Positions 35,961 to 48,560 of a DNA stretch of 54,801 nt are shown here, one piece after another. The translations under genes were made by a program, and so were the position numbers. Position 1 is the stretch's first letter, and each line of letters begins with the position of its first letter. The notes under the pieces were generated by a model, which had not been told where the DNA came from, ran no database searches, and saw nothing but the letters and a program-made list of their open reading frames with translations. The stretch comes from Octopus sinensis. Lineage: Eukaryota. The DNA is taken from the NCBI RefSeq assembly GCF_006345805.1, contig NW_021833919.1, positions 1-54,801 of the forward strand, in the 5' to 3' direction.

Positions 35961-37701
35961 AGGAGAGTGTTTTATTTATCACCCGACGAGATACATCTGC
36001 AACACCGGTTGCTCCCGAACCATTTGTTCAGCATCCCACCCAAGGGAAATCGATGCTAGATGTGTCGAAACAATTGTCGGGATTAATAATAAATTCTCGT
36101 ATATTCCATTTTCTGTCTTTCATTTACTATATATATATATATATATATATATATGGTATGTATGTGTGTATGTATATGTATATATGAGTGTTACCAAGGG
36201 CATTTAGTAAGTTTATTGGGAGTTACATGTATCGATCAAAAGATTTTGATTCAAATTCCTTGCTACACTTGACTTTCAAGTGTGATGCGGTCGATTTCTT
36301 GTTCACCATCCGGTATTTTCCGACTAACTGTCACCGGTATACCAACACGAAATCCTGACCCCGCCTGACCTTCCTCGACCAATCGCAGCCCACCTTACGG
36401 TAATAACAATCAACCTCTGTCATTCAAACTCAAAATGGCTAACTCAAGATTAGCAACGAATCTGAATCAAACTGTTATGATCCATACATATGTGTGTGTG
36501 TTTGCGTGCATGCATGTATGTATGTATGTGTGTATGTATGTATGTATCTTTGTATCAGCCTGCCAAGGGAAATTATATACGAATCGAAACGAATCATTTG
36601 CATAAATGTCGGCATCTTGGAAATATCCTGAAATTTTGAGCAACGACAAATATTATTTGACGCAGTGAAATTAAAATTTGATGTTGTGAAACGCAATTAA
36701 TGCGCAAATAGAAGTAGACTTTGACACGTTATCTGTTGAAATGATGCTGCCATGATATGCCAGCGATAACGTCGTCTATGCAATTTCAGAGACATCGATA
36801 TGACTAGAAGTAATTTACTGTGGCTTATAATTCATAGGAAAATTAAATTCAATTAAAAATGATTGCAATGTACTTTTGCAGCTTCGAGTAAAGGTAATAC
36901 AATATTTCATTGGAGTAAGTTTAATAACTGCTGTGTAAAATATTTATAAATTAGGAAATAGAATTACTGCAGTTGAAAATATTGTGTTTTTTTCTTCTTA
37001 AATTCGTTTCGAATATAAATTTAATAACACTGATATAATTAGGGATTATTATTTTTCTGATTGAAACGTAATACAAGCTTGTAGCGTAGGTACAAAATTA
37101 TAAAAATTAAGAAGGTGATGGTTGAAAGAATTTAATAAATTGAATTATATCTTGTTTAATTTTTTTTTCGTGCTGGCAAGTAGTATACCGATATAGTTAA
37201 GTTATTAATTAGCCGTCAGTCTTGGTTAATTATTTTAAACATGAGTGGAAGGCCTGTAATTTGAAGGAGTAATCAATGGATTTAAATCGACCTCAGAATT
37301 TGACCAGTTCTTTATTATTATTCGTTAGTGAAACAGAAATCAAGACACGGCTCCTCCGATACTGACATACCGCCTCTCCTCCCTCGGAATCCTTGGCCTC
37401 GTATCAAAACTTGAAGCCATTATTCCTATTTAGGTGGTGAGCTGGCAGAACTGCGAATGCATCTGAAAAACATTCTCACAATATTTTGTCGTCACATTTC
37501 TATATTCTGGATTTAGTTTCCGATGACGTCAACTTCGCATTTTAGTATAAACATGTGTAGATAAAAAGTAATTTAGCAATCAAGTACTTTGGTCTATATC
37601 ATCGACTTATCCCCTCCGCTTAAATATGCTGTGTTTTAACGTAAATCTGAAATAATTATATGATGCTGAGCTGATAGAATCGTTTGATAATCGGAAATAT
37701 T

Positions 37702-38298
37702 GATTTCTTTATTGCTCACAAGGGGTTAAAAGGGGTGGAGAAACAAGGACAGATAAAGGGATTAAATCGATTATATCGACCCCAGTACGTAACTGGTACT
37801 TAATTTATCGACTCCGAAAGGATGAAAGGCACAATCGACCTGGGAAGAATTTGAACTCAGAACGTAGCGGCAGGCGAAATACCTATTTCTTTACTACCCA
37901 CAAATGGCTAAACTCAGAGAGGATAAACAAGGACAGACAAACGGATTAAGTCGATTATATCGACTCCAGTGCGTAACTGGTACTTATTTAATCGACCCCG
38001 AAAGGGTAAAAGGGAACGTCGACCTCGGCGGAATTTGATCTCAGAACGTAGCGGCAGGCGAAATACCTATTTCTTTACTACCCACAAATGGCTAAACACA
38101 GAGAGGATAAAGAAGGACAGACAAACGGATTAAGTCGATTATATCGACCCCAGTGCGTAACTGGTACTTATTTAATCGACCCCGAAAGGTTAAAAGGCAA
38201 CGTCGACCTCGGCGGAATTTGAACTTAGAACGTAGCGGCAGGCGAAATACCGCTAAGCATTCTGTCCGACGTGCTACCGTTTCTGCCAGCGCACCGCC
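37702..38298 (-). mobile_element. SINE-A multimer: one head + three bodies
   Basis: Units near 37703, 37882, 38066; TSD TTGATAAT(CG/GA)GAAATATT at 37684-37701 and 38299-38316. Confidence 0.9.
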
Positions 38299-38619
38299 TT
38301 GATAATGAGAAATATTCTTTAGTTTCTGAAGTCAAATCCGGCTGAGGTGAACTTTGCTTGTCATGCTTCCAAAAATGCTAAACAAATACTGGGATGAATT
38401 GTATCGACTAAACACATTGTCCTTTTACTTATGCTGGGAACTATTATTATGAAAAAAAATGGTATTATATAGAGAGTTAGTGGTGGGAAAGAGCAAATAC
38501 ATTTTTTGAACAAACCCTGTGCGTCGACGAAAATCAACCAAATCGTCTGCCCCGGAGGAATTTCAGACCGCTGTTCAAGTATAAAATTCAGATATCACTA
38601 GTCTAGCAATACTACGTGG

Positions 38620-38810
38620 AGGCAGAATCGTTAGTACGCCGGGCAAAATACTAAGCGCCATTTTGTCTATCTTTATATTCTCAGTTCAAATTTCGCTGAG
38701 ATCGATTCTCCTTTCATCCTTTCCAGAACGAATAAAGAACTACCAGTTGAACAGGGGATCGATATAGTTCAACCACCAGTTGAACATTGGGTTCGATATA
38801 ACTGACTTAC
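38620..38810 (+). mobile_element. Diverged SINE-A
   Basis: ggcagaatcgttagtacgccgggcaaaatactaagc...cctttcatcctttcc...ccagttgaac duplicated. Confidence 0.7.
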
Positions 38811-38832
38811 CCTCGCCGCGATTATAATAATC

Positions 38833-38864
<32 letters not shown>

Positions 38865-38882
38865 TATTATTATTATTATTAT

Positions 38883-39150
38883 TATCATGGCCTTTGCACA
38901 GCTTCTAACGCTGGAGATGAACTACAGTGTCAGCTGTTCATTACTTGGGAACTAAGGTAACACCTCTTATTTTTCGAGCACCTTCCGGAGTATTCGAACG
39001 GTTCCAAGCAGAACTGCTTTCTGCAAGTGCTCCACCCTTATTGCATCTCCTATTTGTTCCACGTACTTCTGGACATTTTTTGCTCACTGTTCCCAGGGTT
39101 TCCGACAATTATTGATACAGACTTTTGCTCAATGTTCCCAGGGCTCCGAC
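38883..39150 (-). mobile_element. 5'-truncated R4/Dong-like LINE 3' end inside (TAA)n
   Basis: Minus strand VGALGT../QKYVEQIGDAIRVEHLQKAVLLGTVRILRKVLEK* (stop at 38967-38969), short 3' UTR, (TAA)n on both sides. Confidence 0.82.
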
Positions 39151-39186
<36 letters not shown>

Positions 39187-39259
39187 ATAGACTCAAGTGA
39201 AATCATACTAACCGCCAAGTGCACTCCCTTATACCGGGGGTGATTGCAGCATTGAAATT

Positions 39260-39506
39260 GAAGCTCACGATACTGATTACCGGCAACGCATTATGCCCTT
39301 GAGCAAGTCACTTTATTCACGTTGCTCCAATTCTAGCTGATGGTAAAAATGAACTGTGCTAGTAATCAAAAGAGCCAGTTATGCCCCATTTTGTATCACA
39401 CTGAATCTCCCTGAGTACCACCTGAAGGCTACGCGTGACTGTGCAGCAGACTATTCGGTTGATCAAACTAGTGCAACACTCATCGTCGTAGCCGACGGAG
39501 GGCCAC
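39260..39506 (+). mobile_element. SINE-D: CORE-like body with the SINE-C-type tail
   Basis: cccttgagcaagtcactttattcacgttgctcca (CORE-like), then ctcatcgtcgtagccgacggag tail. Confidence 0.65.
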
Positions 39507-40233
39507 TCTATTCTATTTGCGGGCATTCTAGTAGTACAAACAATCGCTAGCGAAGTGCATCAATATGTTTGACATGGAGTTTAGCGTGTTGCTCCTAATT
39601 ACTTTAGCCGCTGTTCTTGATTACGTTTGTGCTAAATATTTTGTGCTTTGTTTGTATGAATAATTTGAGTTGAATTATTTTAATGTTTATTAAAGTTGCG
39701 GACTTTAATGTCCTTGTTTAATGTATATTTATGACGCACTTGTAATACAAAGCCTGTGTTGTGTGCGATGATTATTCTATTTGGTACTGAATCAATAATA
39801 TCTAGCACAGGAAATGTGGACTTGCTCGTAGAGCTATTTTCGGAACACGTAAAGTATTGGTGATTCCTTGGATGGCTTCGAAGGTTTTGTTCACATTTCT
39901 TATTTATTGAGCTGTCAGATTCATTAATATCGGATAATATGCACTACGGACTCTGTTCTGGCAACGTAAACTCTGATTTAAAACCACATCGCGGACAGAT
40001 TTGCCTACCATCGCTCTGGGCTTTCGAGATGAAATGCCAATTCCGTATTGAAGATGAATAGTATCATCAAACGCCAGCTATTCAAAAATTGCTAGTAGTA
40101 CGTCTAAATCAGAAACACTTAATCTTGTACACGCACAAAAACAGAGACATACATAAACGTATATGGATGGATAGAAACAGATATGTGTGTATAAGCATAT
40201 CTCAATTTCATTCTACGTTATTTATATTATATA

Positions 40234-40632
40234 CTAGCAGTATCGCCCGGCGTTGCTCGGGTTTGTAAGGGAAATAACTATATAAGCATTTTTAGAGAGT
40301 TTTAGCCAAAAAATAGCAAAAAAATGCATTAAAAATAGGAAAAAAATGATGGTAAATCTTTTTAAAAATCGTTGACTCATCGTAGACATTTTTAGAGAGT
40401 TACTTCCCTTATATAACAGCAAAGAAATGCATTAAAAATGGGAAAAAATGATGGTATTTTTTTCTTTAAATCGCAGACTCATCGTAGAAGCACGCTAATA
40501 CCCAGAAGGGCTCGATATGAATAACGACTATAAGATACCCGGTTTTGGTTAAACTGCACCGCAAAATGTGGGAGTAGTTAGGAATCTAAATCGTAGGAGA
40601 CAGACACACAACTTCACTTTTATATATAAAGA
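40234..40632 (-). mobile_element. Non-autonomous Helitron
   Basis: Minus strand starts TC(TTTATATATAAAA) and ends CTAG, with subterminal hairpin CCCGAGCAACGCCGGG; inserted between A and T, no TSD; ~100-bp internal tandem duplication. Confidence 0.85.
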
Positions 40633-40639
40633 TATATAT

Positions 40640-40686
<47 letters not shown>

Positions 40687-40721
40687 ATATATATATATAT
40701 ATGATATATATATATATATAT

Positions 40722-40765
<44 letters not shown>

Positions 40766-40766
<1 letters not shown>

Positions 40767-40929
40767 CGCAGGAGTGGCTGTGTGGTAAGTAGGCTGCTAA
40801 ACAACCACATGGTTCCGGGTTCAGTCCCACTGCGTGGCATCTTGGGCAAGTGTCTTCTGCTATAGCCTCGGGCCGACCAATGCCTTGTGAGTGGATTTGG
40901 TAGACTGAAACTGAAAGAAGCCTGTCGTA

Positions 40930-40980
<51 letters not shown>

Positions 40981-41188
40981 TTGTGTGTCTGTGTTTGTCC
41001 CCCTAGCATTGCTTGACAACCGATGCTGGTGTGTTTACGTCCCCGTCACATATCGGTTCGGCAAAAGAGACTGATAGAATAAGTACTGGGCTTACAAAGA
41101 GTAAGTCCCGGGGTCGATTTGCTCGACTAAAGACTGTGCTCCAGCATGGCCGCAGTCAAATGACTGAAACAAGTAAAAGAGTAAAAGA

Positions 41189-41189
<1 letters not shown>
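40766..41189 (+). mobile_element. Full-length SINE-B
   Basis: gcgcaggagtggctgtgtggtaag...gtaaaagagtaaaagag. Confidence 0.93.
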
Positions 41190-41231
<42 letters not shown>

Positions 41232-41370
41232 TCGGTGCGAAGAGTTATATGCCTCATTATTGGACTATTTTGTCATTGGGCAGTGATCGCTATAAGCTTC
41301 AAGCTTATCAAATACTATTATTATTATTATTATTATTATTATATTATTATTATTATTATTATTATTTACA

Positions 41371-41438
<68 letters not shown>

Positions 41439-41494
41439 GTAGTTAGGTATGTATGTATGTATGTATGTATCATGCGCGGGGACATAGAAATAAT

Positions 41495-41860
41495 CGGACT
41501 GAATACCCGATCGCGCGGTTAAGCCATTGGGAGTGAAGGACTCCTAGCCTTTGTTGGGGCATCCTTCTAGGAGAAGGTAACTCAGGTAACTGGGATAACT
41601 CCGACATAAAACCTGCGGCTCAGTGGTTAACGATGATGTTGACTCTTTCTTCTTTTCTGATTATGGCTGCTGTTGCTTTGTGAGTAGGTTTCACTCAGTG
41701 CACAGCCCTTCCTCACTTAAAAAAAAATCTTCTTGCCCAGGCATTGCACGATGACAACATTGATTAACCTTCGAGCAATGGCCATACTCTATAACGAGGG
41801 AGCAGCCACCATGTATGTATGTATAGCGGGAGTGAGTAAGAGAGATTAAAGATTATTTGC
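41495..41860. mobile_element. Unclassified dispersed repeat, RTE 5'-UTR-like
   Basis: GC-richer island with gggcatccttctaggagaaggtaactc...aaacctgc, resembling RTE 5' ends; no coding support. Confidence 0.3.
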
Positions 41861-42689
41861 TAACATAATGTTGCAGACCTGTTTAGGACGAAAGTTAAAA
41901 TTATTTAGCCCCAGGAAACATCGTCTCCAGCTGGCTATCAACACACTATCTTCGTCCTTATACTTTCGGACAGGGTACTTCAGTGTCCCCACTCAAATCT
42001 AAAGCAATATCGGTCTACCTATCGTTCCTGGAGTATTTCTCTTCGTTCGAACAGAATAACTGCTTAGTTAGAGATGTCGACACTAAATCCTTGTTCGAAA
42101 TATATATTTTTCAAAGACACACACAGACACTGGTCTCAAAATGACGATGTTTCCTGGGGTTAAATAACAGTCACAATCGTCATAATCAAGATTGCCACAT
42201 TGCGTTACACTAGAATACTGTTATTGAATGTTTCTCGTTCAGACGTTTAGAATTAATAATTATTCTATTCACACACATCTACAACCACACACACACACAC
42301 ACATACCCTCACACAAATATATACTGTTCGATTTATTGTCCTTATATTTAACGAAATATGAACCATCGATTCGTAGAGTCAATTTATTTGATCCTCCTTC
42401 CTATCCCTACCCACTTCCCTCAGAATTTGTAATCTTTTGTCTCCAGTAGAAATTTATATTGCGCTGCAACTTAGAAGATTCTATAATTCTTGATTGTGCC
42501 TAAACAGTATTGTTAAAATACAATGAAATTTGGCTTCCGATTCGGAATATATAATAAATGTAGGCCTAATAAAACGAACATGAATTTCGATTGTAGTTCT
42601 TAACTGCCTCATTCATAAACTTGAATGAATGCGGTAAAAGTACAATTTTGTCTTTACTGTTACATTTCCTCTTTCCAGATACCTAAAAT

Positions 42690-42739
42690 ATATGTATATA
42701 CGAATGTATCTAGCTATCACTAAATCTATGTCTATCTCG

Positions 42740-42774
<35 letters not shown>

Positions 42775-42787
42775 TATATATATATAT

Positions 42788-42835
<48 letters not shown>

Positions 42836-43014
42836 TACTTTGATACTTTGATAGGTTTCGGCCATTATTGGCCCAGGCCATGTCTAACTTAATATATATA
42901 TATATATAAATAATATAAATACATATATATATATATATAATTATTTAAATACATATATATATTATATATATAAATATATAAATGCATATATATATATTAT
43001 ATATATATATATAA

Positions 43015-43058
<44 letters not shown>

Positions 43059-43077
43059 TATAAATATATATATATAT

Positions 43078-43108
<31 letters not shown>

Positions 43109-43122
43109 AATATATATATAAA

Positions 43123-43155
<33 letters not shown>

Positions 43156-43420
43156 ATAAATATATAAATAAATATATATAAACAAATATATATATATATA
43201 TATAAATATATAATAATATACTATATATAAACAAATATATAATATATATTATAAAATATATAATACATATATAATATATATAAACAAATATATAAATACA
43301 TATATATATAAATATATAATACATATATATAATATAAACAAATATATAAATACATATATATATATAAACAAATATATAAATACATATATATATATATTTA
43401 TATATATACATATATACACA
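42690..43420. repeat. Long degenerate (TA)n-rich tract
   Basis: Direct reading; a similar tract lies at 44170-44620. Confidence 0.95.
42835..42893 (-). mobile_element. ~60-bp 3' tip of a CR1/L2-group LINE
   Basis: attaagttagacatggcctgg shared with 7363-7383, followed by a stem-loop, GAAAC and an (ATCAAAGT)2 tail. Confidence 0.75.
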
Positions 43421-43769
43421 TATGTGTATGTATGTGCGTGAGTGTGTTTCAACTTTTGTCTCAAATAGAGTGGGACTCCATCTATCGGCCCCTGTAGAAT
43501 GAAAGACCAAATCGGCGGAATTTGATCTCAGAACGCAAGATCAGCCGAAATGGTGCTAACATCCTGTCCGCGTGAGTAATAAAGGTTCTGCCAGCTCACG
43601 TATGCGTAACTATGTATGTATGTATGTATGTATGTATGTGTGTATGTATGTATGTACGTATGTATGTATGTATGTATGTATGTATGTATGTATGTATGTA
43701 TGTATGTATGTATGTATGTATGTATGTATGTATGTATGTATGTATGTACGTACGTACGTACGTACTCTC

Positions 43770-44155
43770 TCTTTTTCTCTTGTTTCAGTCATTTTGACTG
43801 CGGCCATTATGGAGCACCGCCTTTAGTCGAGAAAATCGACCCCGGGACTTATTCGTTGTTTTGCCGAACCGCTAAGTGACGGGGACGTAAACACACCAGC
43901 TTCGGTTATCAAGCAATGCTAGAGGGACAAACACAGACACACAAACATACAGACACGCATGCATTTATATATTATATATATATATATACATATATACGAC
44001 AGGCTTCTTTCAGTTTCCGTGCACCAAATCCACTCACAAGGCTTTGGTCGGCCCGAGGCTATAGCAGAAGACACTTACCGAAAGATGCACGCAGTGGGAC
44101 TGAACCATGAACCATGTGGTTGGTTAGCAAGCTTACTTACCACACAGCCACTCCT
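43770..44155 (-). mobile_element. SINE-B (copy 1 of local duplication)
   Basis: Collinear with other SINE-B copies. Confidence 0.88.
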
Positions 44156-44967
44156 GTAAGTTTTTATGTATGTACATACATATATATATGCATATATATA
44201 TATATTATATATATATAATAATATATATATACTATATATAATATAGATATATATATAATATATAAATATATATTATATATATAAATATATAAATATATAT
44301 ATATATATAAATATATATATCAATATATATATATATATATATATTATTATATATATAAAATATATAAATACATAATATATAAACAAATATATATATATAT
44401 ATATAAATATATAATACATATATATATATAACCAAAAAAATCTATATATATATATAACATATATAAATACATCTAATATATAAACAATATATAAAACCTA
44501 TATATATAAATATTATAATTACATATATATATATCATAAACAAATATATAAATACATATATATATATAACCAAATATATAAATACATATATATATATATT
44601 ATATATATTACATATATACACATATGTGTATGTATGTGCGTGAGTGTGTTTCACAACCTTTGTCTCAAATAGAGTGGGACTCCATCTATCGGCCCCTGTA
44701 GAATGAAAGACCAAATCGCGGAATTGATCTCAGAACGCAAGATCAGCCGAATGGTGCTAACATCCTGTCCGCGTGAGTAATAAGGTTCTGCCAGCTCACG
44801 TATGCGTAACTATGTATGTATGTATGTATGTATGTATGTGTGTATGTATGTATGTACGTATGTATGTATGTATGTATATGTATGTATGTATGTAGTATGT
44901 AGTATTATGTCTGTATGTATGTATGTATGTATGTATGTATGTATGTACGTACGTACTACGTACCTCT

Positions 44968-45352
44968 CTTTTTCTCTTGTTTCAGTCATTTTGACTGCGG
45001 CCATTATGGAGCACCGCCTTGAGTCGAGAAAATCGACCCGGGACTTATTCGTTGTTTTGCCGAACCGCTAAGTGACGGGGACGTAAACACACCAGCTTCG
45101 GTTATCAGCATGCTAGAGGGACAAACACAGACACACAAACATACAGACACGCATGGCATTTATATATATAATATAATATATATATACTATATACGACAGG
45201 CTTCTTTCAGTTTCCGTGCACCAAATCCACTCACAAGGCTTTGGTCGGCCCGAGGCTATAGCAGAAGACACTTACCGAAAGATGCCACGCAGTGGGACTG
45301 AACCATGAACCATGTGGTTGGTTAGCAAGCTACTTACCACACAGCCACTCCT
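44968..45352 (-). mobile_element. SINE-B (copy 2 of local duplication)
   Basis: Nearly identical to 43770-44155, including flanks. Confidence 0.88.
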
Positions 45353-45535
45353 GTAAGTTTTTATGTATGTACATACATATATATATATGCATATATATAT
45401 ATATTTATAGATATAGATAGGTAGATAAATAGATAGATAGATATGTATATATATATGTATTATACATATATATATATATATGTATATATATATGTATATA
45501 TTACATATATAATATTATATGTATATATATTAATA

Positions 45536-45586
<51 letters not shown>

Positions 45587-45952
45587 GAGACAGGGAGTAG
45601 TAGTACAACAAAGTACGTATATATTCACACGCACACTCACACATATATATATATTCTCGAACCAATACTGTAAAAGTACACTGCCCAATATTAGAACAAT
45701 TTCATTCGCCAGTCTCATTTAATGAAATTCACTATAAATTATAAAGCGAGATAAATTGTCTGTTCTCCTTATCAATGTTTTGAGATTTTATATGTGATAG
45801 TACCAAGTCTTTAACAATACCATCTCGGAGGATATTTGATGTGTCAAATCTTCCCCCGTTTTCATTTATATTTAAATAGATCGAGAGCCCGATAAGAGAA
45901 ACAGCCGTAAGTGTGTGTGTGTGTCTTTGTGTATGTTCATTCGTGTGGGAGT

Positions 45953-46006
<54 letters not shown>

Positions 46007-46336
46007 ACACCCATCTATAGTAATGCTCATACGCAGCGCTCTGATGACAGGGCGAGATAGATAAAAAGAAGTTAATAACGCTGTTACAAGCAACCATGCC
46101 TTCAACCACCCTCATTTTATCTGGTGATGAGAACCTAACAATGAATTAAAAAGAATGTAGTCGAAGGAATAATAAAAATACTAACAAGATAGAAAAGAGA
46201 AGATCAGAGACGCAAGACGCAAATTTGTACACGAACTTACATATTTACATACAGAATTATGTATATACGAGGTGGTCTTAAAATGCTCAAGGACTAGTTA
46301 CGTTTAATAAAAATAACTTATTGACCAAAGCTCTAC

Positions 46337-46749
46337 CTATTTCGTTATTACCCACAAGGGGCTAAACATAGAGGGGACAAACAAGGACAGACATAGGTAT
46401 TAAGTCGATTACATCGACCCCAGTGCGTGACTGGTACTTAATTTATCGACCCCGAAAGGATGAAAAGCAAAGTCGACCTCGGTGGAATTTCAACTCACAA
46501 CGTAACGGCAGACGAAATACCTATTTCTTTACTACCCACAAGAGGCTAAACACAGAGAGGACAAACAAGGACAGACAAACGGATTACGTCGATTACATCG
46601 ACCCCAGTGCGTAACTGGTACTTAATTTATCGACCCCGAAAGGATGAAAGGCAAAGTCGACCTCAGCGGAATTTGAACTCACAATGTAACGGCAGACGAA
46701 ATACCGCTAAGCATTTCACCCGTTCTAACGTTTCTGCCAACTCGCCGCC
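46337..46749 (-). mobile_element. SINE-A dimer: one head + two bodies
   Basis: Units at 46337 and 46520; TSD TTATTGACC(A/T)AAGCT(C/A)TAC at 46318-46336 and 46750-46768. Confidence 0.92.
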
Positions 46750-46799
46750 TTATTGACCTAAGCTATACTATCTCTTTCGAAATAGTAACCCTGTGCAGT

Positions 46800-47245
46800 G
46801 CCTTTGCAATCCGGCAGCACCTTTGCGACCCGTAATTGCTAAATGTGGGAGAATACGGCGGGTGTGGAAGCGATATCACATTTTTTTCTTTTCTTTTATT
46901 TTAGCGTGAAATTCAGGAGCGAGGAGAACTGGGTGATAGGGTGAATTAGTCTCGTGACAAATCCAATTCATCGGGCACCACAGATCTGGTAGCCGTCGAC
47001 GAATATCCTCTCTCAAACGCTTCAAAATGACGCAGTAGCAGAATTCTCGATTGACGGTCTGATAGTGAGAGACGGCGTCTCGATGCACACTACTATTACA
47101 TATACGGGTGTGACTGACTTAGCTGGCCTTCTTGTTCGCTCATCGGCTTCTCAAAACATTGTCTATGACCCACTGCCTCCTTGCGAAGCATGTTCATTGT
47201 CTCTGTGGCAGACTTCTCAAGTTTAAGGCAAAATTTATACATACA

Positions 47246-47250
<5 letters not shown>
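46800..47250 (-). mobile_element. Heavily deleted mariner relic
   Basis: Pieces KLEKSATETMNMLR, QTVNREF..VILKRLREDIRRRLPDLW..WICH and LPHPPYSP, in mariner order. Confidence 0.8.
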
Positions 47251-47297
<47 letters not shown>

Positions 47298-47573
47298 TAT
47301 ATTTCGGATGGTCATATTGCCAGTTTAGCCAATAAAAACACACGCACTATATATTTGGTGTTATTTTGCTTCAGTGATATTATTTTTTTACATTAATCTT
47401 AATCTTATTTCGGCCAAAGTTCTTTCGTCACACTCCTGTGACCGCATCAGTGGTCCTTTATTTTATTGGCTAAATGGCAATATGACCATTCCGAAATATA
47501 CAATATCTGTTTCAACACACGACTTCACATAAAAAATCTTGCACAACAAATATTTAACGTATATATATATATG

Positions 47574-47626
<53 letters not shown>

Positions 47627-48079
47627 TGTCAGTAAATGGTGGGGTTTGTGTTAACCGCACGTGCAGAAATGATAGGAAAGGAAAAATAATAATAATTATA
47701 AGGCAGAATGCTAAACTGAAAGCAAATTTTAATATAATGGTGTAAAAAAAGTAAAAAAGGAAATCAAACGAGCTTTCATTGCATACATACATACATACAC
47801 ACACACACACATACATACATACATACATACATACATACATACACACACACACATACATACATACATACATACATACATACATACACACATACATACATAC
47901 ATACATACACACATACATACACACATACATACATACACACATATATACACACATACATACGTATGTACGTACATACATATATACAGAACAAATTGTGATG
48001 GATTATCAATTGCGGCAAAATACTACATAAGATCTCTCTTGGCATACCAGGCTAACAATAGAACTTAGATTTCTGAAGA

Positions 48080-48560
48080 ACTCCAGTTAATCTCTTGGTA
48101 GGGTCCAAGGTTACGGTTTACATCGATCTCGACACAATCAATATCTTGTGCAACTAAAACCTGAAGGCCGTTTTGGCTACTGAAAGCAGTTTTGGTAAAA
48201 CGTGACAGATACGCGTCGAATACCGAAACCTTCTGTGATAATGGACTGAAGTGAACCCTATCTAATGGGCACATCCTCTCGATGTGCACGACTCATGGAT
48301 GGTGTTTCAACGATTTCCCCTCACAGTTACACGCACATCTACAATACTTTTCCAATTCTGCTGGTTGCGTGTTTCCCAGGACCTTCGTCAATATCGACAT
48401 TTTCCGGCCATCTTGGAAACGTCTGAACCACTCGTACACTTGTGTGCGGCTCACTCCTTTCCATACACTTTCTGCAATTTTGCATAAGCCTCTGAGCAGG
48501 TATCGATATGGCAACTTCTCTATCATTGTCAATGCGACGATATCATGCTACACACCTTCC
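48080..48560 (-). mobile_element. Mariner transposase N-terminal relic
   Basis: VSRTQVYEWFRRFQDGR (HTH), SIITEGFGIRRVS, PKLLS. Confidence 0.82.

Larger units (their letters stand above)
43400..45400. repeat. ~1.2-kb tandem duplication
   Basis: 43400-44200 recurs at ~44600-45400 (offset ~1200 bp), differing mostly by single-base homopolymer indels. Confidence 0.9.

Noticed and set aside
41868-41910. ..CCTGTTTAGGACGAAAG.. hammerhead-like fragment
   Set aside because: The upstream core lacks the invariant UGA and helix III cannot be formed.
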